From Thalia democratica (taxonomy: Eukaryota), in NCBI GenBank assembly GCA_965202585.1, contig OZ241829.1, positions 33,232,001-33,296,000 of the forward strand: DNA of 64,000 nt, written 5' to 3'. This document shows, piece by piece, positions 10,415-23,821 of the stretch. The notes below the pieces were generated by a model. It searched no databases, was not told where the DNA came from, and saw nothing but the letters and a program-made list of their open reading frames with translations. The position numbers were made by a program, and so were the translations under genes. Each line of letters opens with the position of its first letter. Within the stretch, counting starts at the first letter, position 1.

Positions 10415-12367
10415 TTAAACATTAAACTTTGATTGTAGATTAGAAAATATGTTGTTGCAAGACTGCATTATAAATGAACGATTCGTTACACCTTTGTAAA
10501 AACAAAATACTGTCAACCCGGCTAAAACAGTACAACTGACTGCCATTTCTCTTTGCATTCTTATGAATAGTGGGTTTGTATCCATCAATTCTTGTGTGAT
10601 GCTACCCTTTTTGTTTTTGTGAGGAAACTCACTTTTGGGAATTGAAACTTTGAGAAATTCGCATAAAGGTTCCCAGCCTTCTTTTATGTTGAATTCAAGA
10701 AGCTGATCTTTCGGTGCACACTTTAAAGTATTTTTTTTTTAGTTACATGATAATTAAAAGTAAAACTTAGTTACAGTATACTTCATAAACTAAAAAATGC
10801 TTAGTATTCAGTATAAAAAAAAAACCGGCTAACAAGTTTTTTGATGAACTTAAACTACAAAAAACTGACTTTTTTCACATAAGCATTGTGTATTCTGTAG
10901 GAATGTTTCATCAACAGTTCATTAAAAGGTCTCTCTCCAAACAGAGACATACTAGCTTGCATTCCAGTGACAACTTTGACTATAAAACTTTTATATTGTA
11001 AACTTTGATTTTAACTAGTTCTAAATAAAAAAACAACTGATATAAGTGGTATATTGCAAACAGTAGTTACTTACACATTGCCATTGCCCAGACATTTAAT
11101 CTGTAGTTAGTAGGAGACATACAACCAAGGAACCTCATTATAAATCCTTCTCCGGATTCTTTTTGCTTCAGCATACTAGCATACCACTCATCCTCTGGCC
11201 TTTCACAGAAAACTATCTAAAAAAATGTAGTTAGGTTTTTAGCTTATAGTTAAATTCAAGTATTTGAATATTTTACCTTTTTGTACATCACACTAAAGTT
11301 TTTACGAATTAGTATGTGGGTCAGCCTATTTGAAACAAATTCAAAAATTAATTTAACTACTAAGTTAAACACTTTAGTTGCTTATCTTATAATTTGTCCA
11401 AATAATTTTATTTAATGTCTTTAGCTTTTTCTTTTAAAGTATTTATTTTTTCAATTTCAACTGATTATTTGTTAGCTACGAAATTAACTATGCTGCATTT
11501 ACGCTTGAAATAACTTTTTAAGAACTTATGAATAGTATCAAAAATATCGTAACTTAAAGTAGTCATTAAATTTTAACTTTAAAACAGTGTATCTCAAACT
11601 TTTTCAAAAATTCACCAAAAGTATCACTAGATAAAAAGTCTTTTGCACACTAGATTAATGAGTAAAAAAAAAAACATTCAAAATGTTTGTAATTAGTTAC
11701 ATTGTAATTACACTGTCATTGTAATTTGTTGAACTTTGTTTGTATACACACGTTAAAATTAGACTACTAATCTCTAGCTTAATATTTAACTTAAAGTATT
11801 TAATAAAAGTCATTCATACTTTACAATAAGAAAAACTGTTTTATAACATTTTGTTCATATATATTTCGTTCACTATAGATAGAATACAGATAGAATAAAC
11901 TAAAATAGTTTAATGTTTTTAGTGTATGTTTTACTCATTAAAATTATTGAGCACAATAAATCAAACTCTACACACTTGTATTGTGCAAGGGTTTACACTT
12001 TGAGATAGACTGCTTCGAAAACATAGTTCTCGAGCTTAACACATTGCATTAATATACAAGTTTGCTAAAACTGATACTAACATAATTAAATATCTAAATT
12101 AGAACTGAAAATAACTTTTGCATCTGGAAAAGCTTCTAAAATTTGATTCCAAAAGTAAAATGCAGGCATATCTGTCACTGCATCAACATCTTTGTACATT
12201 TCGTAGAAATCCTCTTTAGTTCCTCCTTCTTTGAAAATTTTCATCCATTTGTCACCCAAATACTCGTAATTTTCCATAAAGTCATAAACGTTGTAACCTA
12301 AAATTCTAAGAGCTTCAGCCATTGTTTTTGTACCGCATTTTGAGTAGCCAGCAAATATTACTTTCAT
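10415..12367 (-). CDS. Sulfotransferase (Sulfotransfer_4-like, P-loop fold), 269 aa, 4 coding exons, hydrophobic C-terminal segment
   Basis: Exons 12367-12116, 11216-11075, 10979-10870, 10720-10415 join in frame (810 nt). Family motifs KVIFAGYSKCGTKTMAEALRILGYNVYD, DAVTDMPA, FPDAKIV, APKDQLLEFNIKEGWEPLCEFL, FPHKN. Confidence 0.9.
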
Positions 12368-15300
12368 TTTATACTAATCTATTAGTTTAAAAAAAAAATT
12401 TAAGATAAGATAGACAAAAATCTTCAAGTTATTAATTACTATATTTGTGTAGTTTAAAGTTGTATAGTTTAACAAACTAGTTTTATTCAATAATTCTAAA
12501 AGTACTTTTTTATGTATTTATTTTTCTTTTTAAAATGACTGTTAAAATTCTGTAACAGTTCACGAACAACAAAATTCACTTAATTAATAAAAAAAAAGGC
12601 TTGGTTATCTAAAAAATGTTTTCAAATTAAAAAAAAACTATTACAGATAATTAACAAAAAGTTCTGCCCCCAAGTTACTAGACAAATATTGTTAAAAGTA
12701 GAAAATAGTATTATTATTTTTTGTTTCAATTTTAGTTATATAAATATTTAAACGTGTATAATAATTGCATTGTTTTTAAATACAAAAATATTATAAGATA
12801 AGGTAAAAAAAAACATTTTTAACAAAAGCAAAATTAGCAAATTGAAATCACTACATCTCTCATTACTAAAATAATTTATTTGTTTATTATTTAAAGCTTT
12901 ATATATTACTCAATCCCTTATGAAGAATAAATCAAAATTTAAAATTGTTGCTTAGAAGCCATAATCAAATTAAAGACTTCAATTATATGTCAATTATATG
13001 ACTTCAACTATACAAGGTTTATAAAAAAAATCTATTCAAACTAAAATTCATAAGATAAGTAAACTATTAAACTGTCAACAAAGCTATTTTTGTATTTGCT
13101 GATACCAGTGTGTTTAACTTATCTTTGCTACAAAGCTTTAAAATAGTATTCGAAAGTATACTAGTTTTGTCTTATCCCTAAAGGATAAAATCGATACTAG
13201 ACAAAAGAGAAAAGCGAAAGTTAAATGCACAAGTAGCAGAAAACGGAAAAATAGAACTATTGATAATTTATTATCTAACTTTCCTTTTTAAATTTCTTTT
13301 AATATTTTTTTTATGATATACAATTAAAACAAATCAATTAAAATTTAGATTTTAAAAAGTCTTCTAAACAACAGTTTTAACTTTTATGTTACTTTTTACA
13401 AGGAATTGAGTAATCCTAAAAGCTTTAACTGTTAAAAGTATTTACAAAAATCTTAAAAAGTAGTGATTTTAGGTTGCAAGTGGATTTTATATACAACAAA
13501 ACCTCTTCCGAACTATTGTTTTAATTTTCTTTCAATATCTAAATAAAACAGTAAATAAACTTCGTTCACATTCTGTGCACAGACATAAATTTTGAGATAA
13601 ACTGCTTTATCATACAGCCAGTTTTTTGAACCTAAATGTTTCTTTTTTACTTTTTCACATAAAAACTACATTTTTCAGTTGTGCAAACATTAAACTTACG
13701 CAAGCAACAAATGAACAAAATGTTTTTTGTAAAAAAATATCTTAAAATATAAGTTTACAAAATTCGCCTTTAATGGTTGTATAAATAATGTTTTTGATAT
13801 ATAGCTGAAAAGAGTCGCTGTGTTGGTGATCACGTGGGTAAAACGTCTCAAAGGTTCCACTTACGTATTGACTAGCGTGTGTTGAAAATCCTCAAAAATT
13901 TGAATAAAGAGTCTACCGAAAAAACCAAAAAGAAGTTTTTCTGCGACAGGCCAACACGTTATAGACAATTATGAGTGTGCAGTTCAAAAATGTGAAACTT
14001 TTAGTTTTAATGCAAACTGAAAATTTATTTAAACTAAATATTCTGAAAGCATTTTGTGTACAACTGTTAAAGCCAACTTTGTGTAAACAGAAAAAATTTG
14101 TTTGTAAGAATAGAATTTGAAAATGTTTTTACTAAGACTTAATCAAGTTATGTTTTTCATCAATTGTTTTTGTATAACTTAAATGCTTTATTTTGTCTTG
14201 TTTAAATTTTGCTTATTGTTAGTTCGCTTAAGTATGACTTAAAACTCAAAATTTTGATAATTTTAAATAGAAAAAAGTAATGCTGTTCACATTGTTAGTT
14301 AAGATATAAGTTCAATTTGTACACACAATTAGTATTTTTTTTTTCTACAGCTAAATTAAATCGATTTGCTTAAATATATTTTAGTTTACTTTTATTTTAA
14401 CAAAATATTGTTTTTAGAAGACTTGGTTTAAAGTTCTATATAATAAAAAGATTTATTATTTAGCGTTTTTTGTTAAAATTCAAGCAACGCACCATAAAAA
14501 CTAATTTTAACATACAATAAATAGTAAAGTTGTTCTTACACATCAAACTTACTTTGAAAACAATTCTAAAAAGCTTTTTAAGTCAGATAAGCATCAACTA
14601 ACAGGTATATGAGTTTTACAAATATATATCTTTCAGTAAAAAAAAATAAATCTAAAAAACTCTTACTTAAACAACTTCAGATTCAACTTAGTCCTGATCT
14701 TAAATTAACATTGAAAAAAATTAATATACTTATCATAAAACGTTTTTGAGCAACTAAAAAGTGTCGTGTAATCAGTTATATAATAGCAGAAATCATTGTG
14801 CAAACAAACTTTGTTAGCTTTACTTGTGTTCATTGCTTTTTTTGTGTCTACAACTTTTTATTCATGGTATTTTTATCCTAAATATAAACAATATAATGTT
14901 TTACTGGTGTACTAGTTAAATATAGTTTGTAATCAAGTTAAAGTACGTCTGTCACCTTCTTTATTAAAAAATACAATTATTAGTTTCTACTTATAAATAA
15001 TAGCAAGCTTTTCTTTTACATTTTTTTTTTGAACATTTTTTTTAAGTAAGTTTAACTTCTATAAAATTTACATTTATAATGTTTAACATTTTCATCCGAA
15101 AAAAAGTACTAGTAAAAGAAGTTGTAGTAAAACCACAATAATTAGAAAGAACGTAAACGGTCATGGGCGTAGCAAAAACAATATTTTTTGTAATTCGTGA
15201 AAAAAAACTGCACATTTATTTATTAGTGAATTGGTTTTTTACTTAAATTTTAACCTTTTTTTTATAAGAACTTATTTTTAATTGCATGTCTTAGCTACTT

Positions 15301-16296
15301 GAATTAAAAATTGTATCAGCTTTTACCCCAAATATTAGACTTTCAGAAATTTTAAACATAAGATTTTAAGTCATGTTTTTTTTTAATTTTTGCATATTTT
15401 TTATCTTTATATATATATATACTTTATTTTAATTTACGATACCTTCTATTTATTTAATTCAAACACTTTTTTCTAACTTTTTTAACAACTGAAGTTTTCT
15501 TATAGTCTACTATAGGAGTATACATTGTATTGTTTTTAACATTCTGCAGAAAAGAGTCTAGTTCGTCTCCTTATAGCTACATAAGTTGAGAACCTTTTTG
15601 TTGTTCAACTTTAACAAAATTATAAAATCATATTACTATTGATTTAAGTACTCGAAGTTATAGTGAAAATAAAAAAAACGCTTTTTAAGCTAAAAACTAA
15701 AGCAAAGTATTTAAAAAAAATATATTATTACAAGAGTAATACCATTGTGTTATGAAATAAATGCACAAAGTTAATGCCTATCTTTCATACAAAATTAGAA
15801 ATATGAACATAACAAAGTTATCAAGAAGCGTTAAAAGAATAATGGAGAACTATAAACAATTTAATATAGCACTTTATTTTAAAGACAAAAATTGTTATTA
15901 AGTATAGACTTTGTTAGAAACTAATTTTTTTAACTATAAAGCACTATAAAGTATGAAGTAATAAAAACAAGTTTCTTACTTAAAGCTTAAATATGAATGA
16001 AAATTATCTTCAAGTTGACTCCAGTAATGTTCATAACTAAAAATTTTAAATGTCAATATTTTAGCTACATATGTAAAGTTTCAATAGCTGTTTTAGAAAC
16101 TAGTCAAAAATACATTCTTGATATATTTTTTAATTTTTTTTTTTTAATAAATCAAAAGTAACTTATTCTTTTCAATCATAAATATGTACAAACTTAACTA
16201 AATTTATAATAAATTGATTTTCATACACAATAATTTATGTTATGTTGTATATATATGTTTATATATACGGCATAAAAAAATTATTTATATAGTTTA

Positions 16297-16870
16297 AAAA
16301 ACGGATGTAAATTGTGCAACGCGGAAAAAATCAAAATCTTAAAAGTTAAAAAATCTGAATCTCTAACAAAAGAAACGAATTACAAACTGGCTGTATACAT
16401 TATCGGAAACAATTTATCTAAAAACTCTGTTAGTAATTTTGTCTAAGGTCAACTAGCCATTCTATTATTACGTAATACCTAATTTGTACAATTTTAATGC
16501 TGTACTTACAAATTTGCTTTTCATTGAATAAAACTTAGCTAAGGACGCGTATTAAACGCAGATGCATCTTAATTTTATCTTTATCTCTTTCAATTATCTG
16601 TCCGAATATATAGTTACTCACTGAAGTTATATGAATTTTTGCTAGTTTATCGTCGATTGGTAAATTAATTTTTGCACAAGCCGTTTTGCATGATTTTTGA
16701 TAGTTTCAAAATTACGTCATAATCTATTTATGCAAAAAATTTTTAACTTTCATTAGTGATTTTGTTTTGTGCTTTATTTTAAACTTGTTTTGAAGCTGAT
16801 GAGTGAATAGTCACGAAACTCGAGTCCTTTGAGTTTTGAATTTTTAAATAAACCTTTTTAATAATAAAGC
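16297..16870 (+). mobile_element. 3' end of a Penelope-like element (ORF C-terminus plus 3'UTR with hammerhead)
   Basis: Reads KNGCKLCNAEKIKILKVKKSESL(fs)NKRNELQTGCIHYRKQFI* (stop 16419-16421), the PLE C-terminal CxLC..NKR.E..C.H motif, followed by a sense hammerhead. Confidence 0.85.
16789..16833 (+). ncRNA. Minimal type I hammerhead ribozyme (PLE-type), core intact
   Basis: TTTGAAG-CTGATGA-GTGA atag TCAC-GAAA-CTCGAG-TC-CTTTGAG. Stem II 4 bp, palindromic stem III ACTCGAGT, GUC triplet, stem I 7 bp with wobbles. Confidence 0.9.
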
Positions 16871-16926
16871 CGTCAAGGTGGGCTCAGTGTGAAAAATTTA
16901 ATTTATTAAGTTAAATAACTTAATTC

Positions 16927-16950
16927 TATATATATATATATATATATATA
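16927..16950. repeat. (TA)n microsatellite between two tail-to-tail PLE remnants
   Basis: About 12 TA units. Confidence 0.9.
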
Positions 16951-16989
16951 TTTATCTATTTATATGAAAACTATAATTTAAACAGTTAC

Positions 16990-17990
16990 AGTTTATTTTT
17001 ATAGTGAACAGAAATTTCGATTTTGAAATTTTTATAATAATTGTGACGTTGTAATGGTATAGTTTATTGTATGATTAGCTGAATTTGAAATACGCTGTGA
17101 ATGTTATTTTATGCTTTTTAGGAAAGTTTAAAAAGGTTATTTTGGAAAAATGTTTTAAGCTATTAGAAAGCTTTTTTTAGACTGTTGGGAAAAATGTTAT
17201 AAAATACTCGTGTTTGCCGCTTCGATTTTATTTTGTTTTAGTATTTAGTTGGTTTTAATTTTGTCAAAAAAGTATTTTTGATAATGGATGCATATGTTTT
17301 GTCTTTCGCTTTTCTTGTTTAGTGTTACGTTCTTATCTGATTTTTCGATTTCTATTTTTTCTAAGTTACAAAGTTTGCAGCCGAATTTAGTATTGAATTT
17401 TAATTTTGTCCTGTTTAATACTTCCCATTTAATTTTGTAGTCTGTATTGTTATCTTTTAAGCTCCATGTGTAATTCGCTAGTTCTGTTGTGTGTCTTTTG
17501 TTAATATTGTTGAATGATGATTTGTGGTTTCTGTATCTTTGTTTAAAGGTATTTCCTGTCGATCCTATATACTGCTTTGTTGTTTTATTTGATGTTACTG
17601 TTGCTTTATAAATTATATCTGACACTAGGCATTCGTTATTTAAAGGGCAAGGTTCTTTACGGCAATTACAAAGTTTATCTTTTATGGTGCTTTTATCGTC
17701 TATATTGCTTTTGTTTAATATTTTGTTTTTGTGAGCTATTATTTTACTTCTGAAATTATTTGTGCAACTGTAAGATATTTTGATTGTGTTTCGGTTGAAT
17801 ATTTTATGGAATGGGTGGTTTTCGTCAAATGATGTAGTAATCAGGTTTAAGAATTGTTTGCCTATTTTGGAACTTATATTTAGACTGAATGGTTGGTTGA
17901 AATATATTATGTATCAATATTTTAGTTGTTTAATAGTTTTGGATAAGAACAATATTATTTTTAATGGCAAACTACTTTATTTTTCCAAAA
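16990..17990 (-). mobile_element. 5'-truncated Penelope-like element with GIY-YIG endonuclease domain
   Basis: Minus strand: YIIYFNQPFSLNISSKIGKQFLNLI...KISYSCTNN...CNCRKEPCPLNNECLVSDIIYKATV..KQYIGST..FKQRYRNHKSSF...CKLCNLEK...LNKKSE..CIH. Stop at 17245, then 3'UTR. Confidence 0.93.
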
Positions 17991-18124
17991 CACTAATCCA
18001 AATTAATTTACTTTTATTAGCCAACTAACCTGTTCGTACAATTTTTAAAATCAATAAAGAATTTTAACATATCATCAACTATATCTAGATTATTTTGGTG
18101 TCTTTTTATTTATTTAACAATATG

Positions 18125-18225
18125 AAAGGTATCCGTGGTGTGCTACTCGATAACCAAAATGTCCTTCGTGCATCAGGTCCTAGGGCAAAATGTTTTGAGC
18201 GTTATTCTCTGTCGTTCAATAAAAT
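18125..18225 (+). repeat. Short dispersed repeat family, copy 1
   Basis: GGTATCCGTGGTGTG..CTCGATAACC..GTCCTTCGTGCATC..TCGTTCAATAAA motif shared with five other copies in the window. Confidence 0.85.
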
Positions 18226-18284
18226 AATAATAACACATTTCAAACGAAACTATCGTCTTTATTTCATCACTAAAGTTTCTATAG

Positions 18285-18394
18285 TTTATTAAAAGACAAA
18301 AAAAGACGCTCAAAACATTCGGTCGTAGGGCCTGATGTACGAAGAACTTTTCGGTTTTCGAGTCTACGGATACGTTTTAATGTCTTGTCCAGGA
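18285..18394 (-). repeat. Short dispersed repeat family, copy 2 (inverted)
   Basis: Reverse complement matches copies 1 and 3, including CCTGGACAAGAC. Confidence 0.85.
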
Positions 18395-18661
18395 CTACTT
18401 GTGGCTTAATAGACATTAAATACAAGATTTTTTTTTGTTTTAGTAAAAAAACATTTATTTTATTTTACTTTAGGTAATCTAAAAAAAAAAAATATATAAA
18501 TAAAAAATATAATTATAAAAGTTTCTGCTCATCAAAAACAAAATTCAAGAGTGGTCATACATTTTGTGGTCCTAAAATTTGTATTTAGCCAAACTTTTAA
18601 GTGAATTAAACTTTACTATTTGCTAGTTAAACATTATATGCATTTTCCTTATATATAACCA

Positions 18662-18785
18662 TCCTGGACAAGACTTTAAAAGGTATCCGTGGTGTGCGAC
18701 TCGAGAACCAAAATGTCCTTCGTGCATCGGACCCTACGACCAAACTTTTTTAGCGTCTTTTTTTTGTCGTTTAATAAACAATATT
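18662..18785 (+). repeat. Short dispersed repeat family, copy 3
   Basis: TCCTGGACAAGACTTTAAAAGGTATCCGTGGTGTGCGACTCGAGAACC...GTCGTTTAATAAAC. Confidence 0.85.
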
Positions 18786-18889
18786 TATTTTTCAGTTTCA
18801 ATTAATATCTTAGTCTAATTTAGTCTTATACTTTAAATTTTTATTTTTATTTTGCTTTATCTAAGTTTTGTGCACGTTTTTCTAGAAAC

Positions 18890-19230
18890 GGGTCAAAATT
18901 GCACAAGGTTACTAAATCCATCATTTTAGAACATCCAATCTAGATATAATGAACACAAAGCCTCTTTCCCCAAACCTTTTAAAAGCAAACCCAAAAATTG
19001 TACTAAACTTGAAAATCACCTATGAGATCTTAACAGTAACAATATAAAGTACTCAATTGAATGGAAAACAGTAGAATTAGTAAAATCTAACACAAAGCAT
19101 ACTAACATGCGCACTTTATGTAACCTAGAAAAACTCCATATAGCCCTAGCAGACAAAAGAAAAACCTTAAACAAGAGAAACGAACTGATAACCCAATGCC
19201 CGCATTACTTAAATGAATATTTATAGATTA
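18890..19230 (+). mobile_element. Degenerate Penelope-like element 3' fragment
   Basis: Reads KPKNCTKLENHL*DLNSNNIKYSIEWK...TLCNLEKLHIALADKRKTLNKRNELITQCPHY. Confidence 0.85.
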
Positions 19231-20081
19231 TATCTCATATAGGTATAAATTTTATTAAGATATTAGATTATTTGTGCATGCATTATAACAGTATTTCCAT
19301 TTTCAGTTTTAAATTGTTATGTATATATATATTATCTTTTTTCTAAGTCAGTTTATTAGTAAATTATATTTTATAAAGATTTTAAATAATTTGTGCATAC
19401 TTTATAACATACCCATTTCCAGTTCTAAATTATTATTAAAAAAAAAAATTATAATAATTTTTCAAAGTTAGATTATTAGTAGATTATACTCTCTTTGATT
19501 ATTTCTCAACTTAATATATACATATATTTTTTTATTTAACATCTTAAATCCAATCCTCACTCTATCTTTCGCTTAACAAATACTTTTCACAGAAAGCGAT
19601 TTTATTCTATGTCATCATAATATAACTGTGTTAACAACAACAACAATGCTTCCAAATTTTTTAGTGTTTACCCCCTGGTTTTATTTTAAACATAATTACA
19701 TCATTAATTAATTATAGGAACAATGTGCTTAGTAATATTAATTTACAGCTCTATAATTTCTAACTCTGTAAAGGTTTTTTCTTTAATCCATTAGATATCA
19801 ATTCTCCACTGTATACCATAGTTTAATTGTATATGTTTATGGACTATAATTTAATATTTTTTAAACTAAAGGTTGTTTAGCATCAATATAATTCTTAATT
19901 TATTGTCTTTAATTTTAATTTAGTAAAAAAAGTTAATTCAAACCATTTTTTTTATTTGTAATTTTACCATTACTATTTTACTACAGATTTACAATTTGAA
20001 AATCTGCTCTGCGGTGAAACTTGGTAATTGTTTTCCTCAAAAGTAATAAAACATTAAAAATGATGTTTTGCTCAAAAAAGT

Positions 20082-21412
20082 TTATTTTTTCCCTCTAATA
20101 TCAAGCTTGCCGTTCTGTTGAAAACAAAAAGCAGAAATCGCTGACTTAAAAGCTCGGTAGAATTGCATCGAAAAAAAAAATCCGTTTAAAAGTCAAACTT
20201 TAAAAGTTTAAAATCCAAAATAATTTTTTTTTAAAGACATAAATACAATTTTTAGATATGTAAAAGTTACAACTTGAACAACTTTGTTAAACTGAATTTA
20301 TAATGTCGCACTTTGATTTTTTTAAAGTTTTAATCTTTGATTTTAAAATTGTTGAATTTGAGTTGATATAGTAAATCCTTTTGTCATTCAAACTGTCGGA
20401 ATTTCATTCAAAGTTTAAATGGTCGCGTTTGAATTGTAAAAATCTTAAATTTTGGCATTCAAATTGTCTATATTTGGCTTTAATTTTTTTTTTCATTTAA
20501 ACTTTAATGTATACAATAATTAACGCGAAAAGCTTCAACAATTAAAGCTTGCATATATATACTTCCTACTAAACATATTAATACTCAATTTATAAAAAAT
20601 CTCTTAAAGAAAAACATTTAAAGTAGTAGTTTTTTGTGATTTTGTTTAATTTAATCTATTTCTTGTATAAGTAATAGTAGTTGTACTGCACAATTTTGAT
20701 TAGCTAAAATTTGATTTCTGTTTGCTCCTAAATGTTTGTTTTTACATAAAAAGCGTTCATAAACTAAAAAAAGCCTTTATAATACAAAGATACTTGTTCG
20801 TACCAACTTTAAATCTAACACAACTTTTATAGATATTTTCCACTACTACCTTACATACTCAAATTTCCTTTTAAATTACCTTTAGTTCGTCCATTTGCTC
20901 TTCGATGAAGTTTGATAAGTTTATTGAAAGTGGAAAATTTATTTTACCAAATTCCTCTGTAATTATTCTTTATTAAAAATTATCAGCTCAAGCAGTAAGT
21001 ATAACCCAACTTTTAACACTTTTAAAATAAGTTTGTTATAAACAGACAAATTAAACAGCAGTTTAGATCATTGACTTTTGACCAGTCAAGTAAAACAAAA
21101 AACTGCCTTGTTTTTTACAGTTCCAAAGCAGAAAAAAAAGATTGCAAAAATATGTACTATGCTTTTAAAAGCTGTAATAAAAGCAGCAAATATACTAGAT
21201 AGGCAAAGCTGCAATGATTTAAAAGTGAACAGCTAAAAGTAGACTTAAAATTTGCTAGGAGTTCAGCTGTAAAGTTTTTTTTTGTGTTATGCTAAAAAGT
21301 AACTGGCTGTTTAAGTACTTTGAAGCCAATATTCTTCTGGCAATGCGATCGGCGGTTACCTTGTAGTTGTTTGCAAACTCTTGAAGCTGACCGAGAAAAC
21401 CGTTTCAAACTT
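20082..21412 (-). other. Possible three 3' exons of an unidentified gene
   Basis: 21412-21360, 20956-20880 and 20114-20082 have pyrimidine-AG acceptors and GT donors, and join in phase to ..SLKRFSRSASRVCKQLQEEFGKINFPLSINLSNFIEEQMDELKNGKLDIRGKK*. No recognised homology. Confidence 0.3.
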
Positions 21413-21589
21413 CTGGAAAAATAAGGTTTTCAAAATAAACTTGGACTACATGATAAAATTGTAAAAATTTTTAAATTGAGTAGCATAAGTTTAAGATTTT
21501 TGTTTTTAACACCTTTCGATGGTTTTATTACTCAAAAAAAAAGAAAAGTAAATACATTTTAGTTTTTTATCGATGAGATTATTGTTTGA

Positions 21590-21760
21590 AGTTAACAATT
21601 TTATTTTACTTAAGTTTGATAGAATTGAAATGGGTCTTTAACTTCCTGGTTAAGTTTTTAATTCTGATTAAAACATTGGTATTACTTTTGCAAGTTTTAG
21701 ACTACTTGGATGTAAGTCTTCATAAAATACTTGGTTAATTGTTATAGGTGCATTGCATAT
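21590..21760 (-). mobile_element. Decayed LINE (CR1/L2-like) RT N-terminal fragment
   Basis: Minus strand HPSSLKLAKVIPMF*SELKT*PGS*RPISILSNLSK matches the LINE P..LK.AKV.P.FK.G....NYRPIS.L motif, with stops. Confidence 0.7.
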
Positions 21761-22003
21761 ATACTTTTTCTTTTGTACACAACTTTTATAGTCAACATTA
21801 TTGTTTCAATTTAGAACTTTGTTTTGTTTTTGTATTAATAAAAACTGTTGTTTAAGCTAAAGTCTCGTAATTGATTTATTTAAATATCAAATTGAACACT
21901 GTCTTATCAAAAATAAATGATTTGTAGAATGTATAATTAAAGTAGCGTTATTAAAATTGTTCTGCTGTTTGATTGATATAAAAAATGTGAAATAATACTA
22001 ACT

Positions 22004-22299
22004 TAGGGGTCGGAAAACTGTTGCCCGCGAAGCACTTTTCAGCTAAATACTTAATTTTTTAAATATTTGAAAAGGTTTTGTAGAAAATATTAACAATTAG
22101 CCTCTTAATTTCATGATTATTCGTAACTAGTAATATAGTACTTCATACTTCATAAACATTTTAGTCTAAATTTGTATTTTACTAATGATTACTACAACTG
22201 TTTGAAATAATTAGCGGCCCGCAGAAGAATTTTTTTTCTGTTGCGGCCCGCGGGCATTTGTTCATGTGGCTCGCGACCTACAAAAGGGTGCCGACACTA
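22004..22299. mobile_element. Short, older hAT-type MITE related to 22794-25930
   Basis: Degenerate TIRs TAGGGGTCGGAAAAC ... GGTGCCGACACTA and GCGGCCCGC subterminal motifs. Confidence 0.7.
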
Positions 22300-22793
22300 A
22301 ATGATTTAAATAAATTTTAATACATATTTCAAAAACTACACATTGATTTAAACTGTGAAAAATTAAAAAAGATAACGCCGTTTATTACTTAAGACTACTT
22401 TGGTTTCCAAGTCATTTTATTGCACACGGCTTTGTTTAAATAAGATGTTTACTTCATCTAATAGTTGTTTTTGTTGCAAACAACTTAGATCATTACTTTT
22501 TAAGCTCGTTATTATAAAATAAGTTATAAAAAATAATAATACACCCATTTAAACACTAGAATATAAAGTTTATTGCAATATTCTGCTGTATGACTTGACA
22601 ACTAAAAAATATTAAAAGTTTATGTTTTTATGGTCCATATTTCATAACTAAAGTTAATCAAACAAACTTCTACGATATTCTAAACTCTATGTTCTATGTT
22701 TTTTATGTTTTGCAACTTTTTATAATGATCTTACTTCTGTTTAATTGACTATTCAAAAACCTTACGTTTATATAATTGAACTAATTTCTAAAC

Positions 22794-23784
22794 CAGGGGT
22801 CGGCAAACTGCGGCCCGCGGGCCAAATGCGGCCCGCAAAGGATAAATCTGCGGCCCGCGAGCAAGTTATTTTTTTGAATGAAATGCGGCCCGCGAATAAA
22901 TATTTTGCGGCCCGCGAGCATGTAAATGTGGCCCGCTGAGCAAAAATATATTTTAAGTTAAATTTGTTTGATAAATTTAGTTTTAAGCCCCTGTATAACA
23001 TTTTAAAAAGTTAAAAGACTTTACTGATTTAGCTTTAAAATGTGAAAAAGACAGGTTAGCATTCTACCAGGTTTTTTTTAACTTCATAATTGCTTTCTTC
23101 TTACAAAAGCAAACTGTTTTCAAAAAAAAGAGTATAAAAAGTGCTTCGAATTAGTAACATAGTTATATAATACCTATTTGGTAAAAACTAAATGCAAATG
23201 TTTTTCGTTCTGTACAAAAGTAATGCACAGTAATTAACAAAAATGTCATTTTTAACAGTTTAATTTTTTTACACGTTTTTTATACCTAAGTTTCTATTAC
23301 AGATGTTTTATTTCTGAATGTTATATTCTAGTTCACACAAAAACATTTATAATAAGATAATAATAACAAAAATAATAAATATATTGAAAATAATAATAAC
23401 AAAAATTATAATAATAAAAATAATATTAAGAAGAAATAAAGTTAACTTAATTTTGGTTTTGACACATTTGATTTTTTAGAAGTTTTCTTTGCATTTTAAA
23501 TTAATTCCTATGCACATCAATGAACAAAGATGCTCATATTTCAAACCAATTTTTATTTAATACTTAACGAGATAAAATTTTGTTTATGCATAAATTTATA
23601 ACATTATTGTTTATACATGTAATATCTAACTGTGTACAGACACACTTAAAACAATATATATGATATAAATTAAAAAAAGGTTTTGGTAGTACACTTTTTG
23701 ATTTTTAAAACCTTGTTTTTAGCAAAATAAGTTAACCTTTATGCGTGCATACTAATATAAACAGCTGCTGTTTTTTGGAACTAC

Positions 23785-23821
<37 letters not shown>

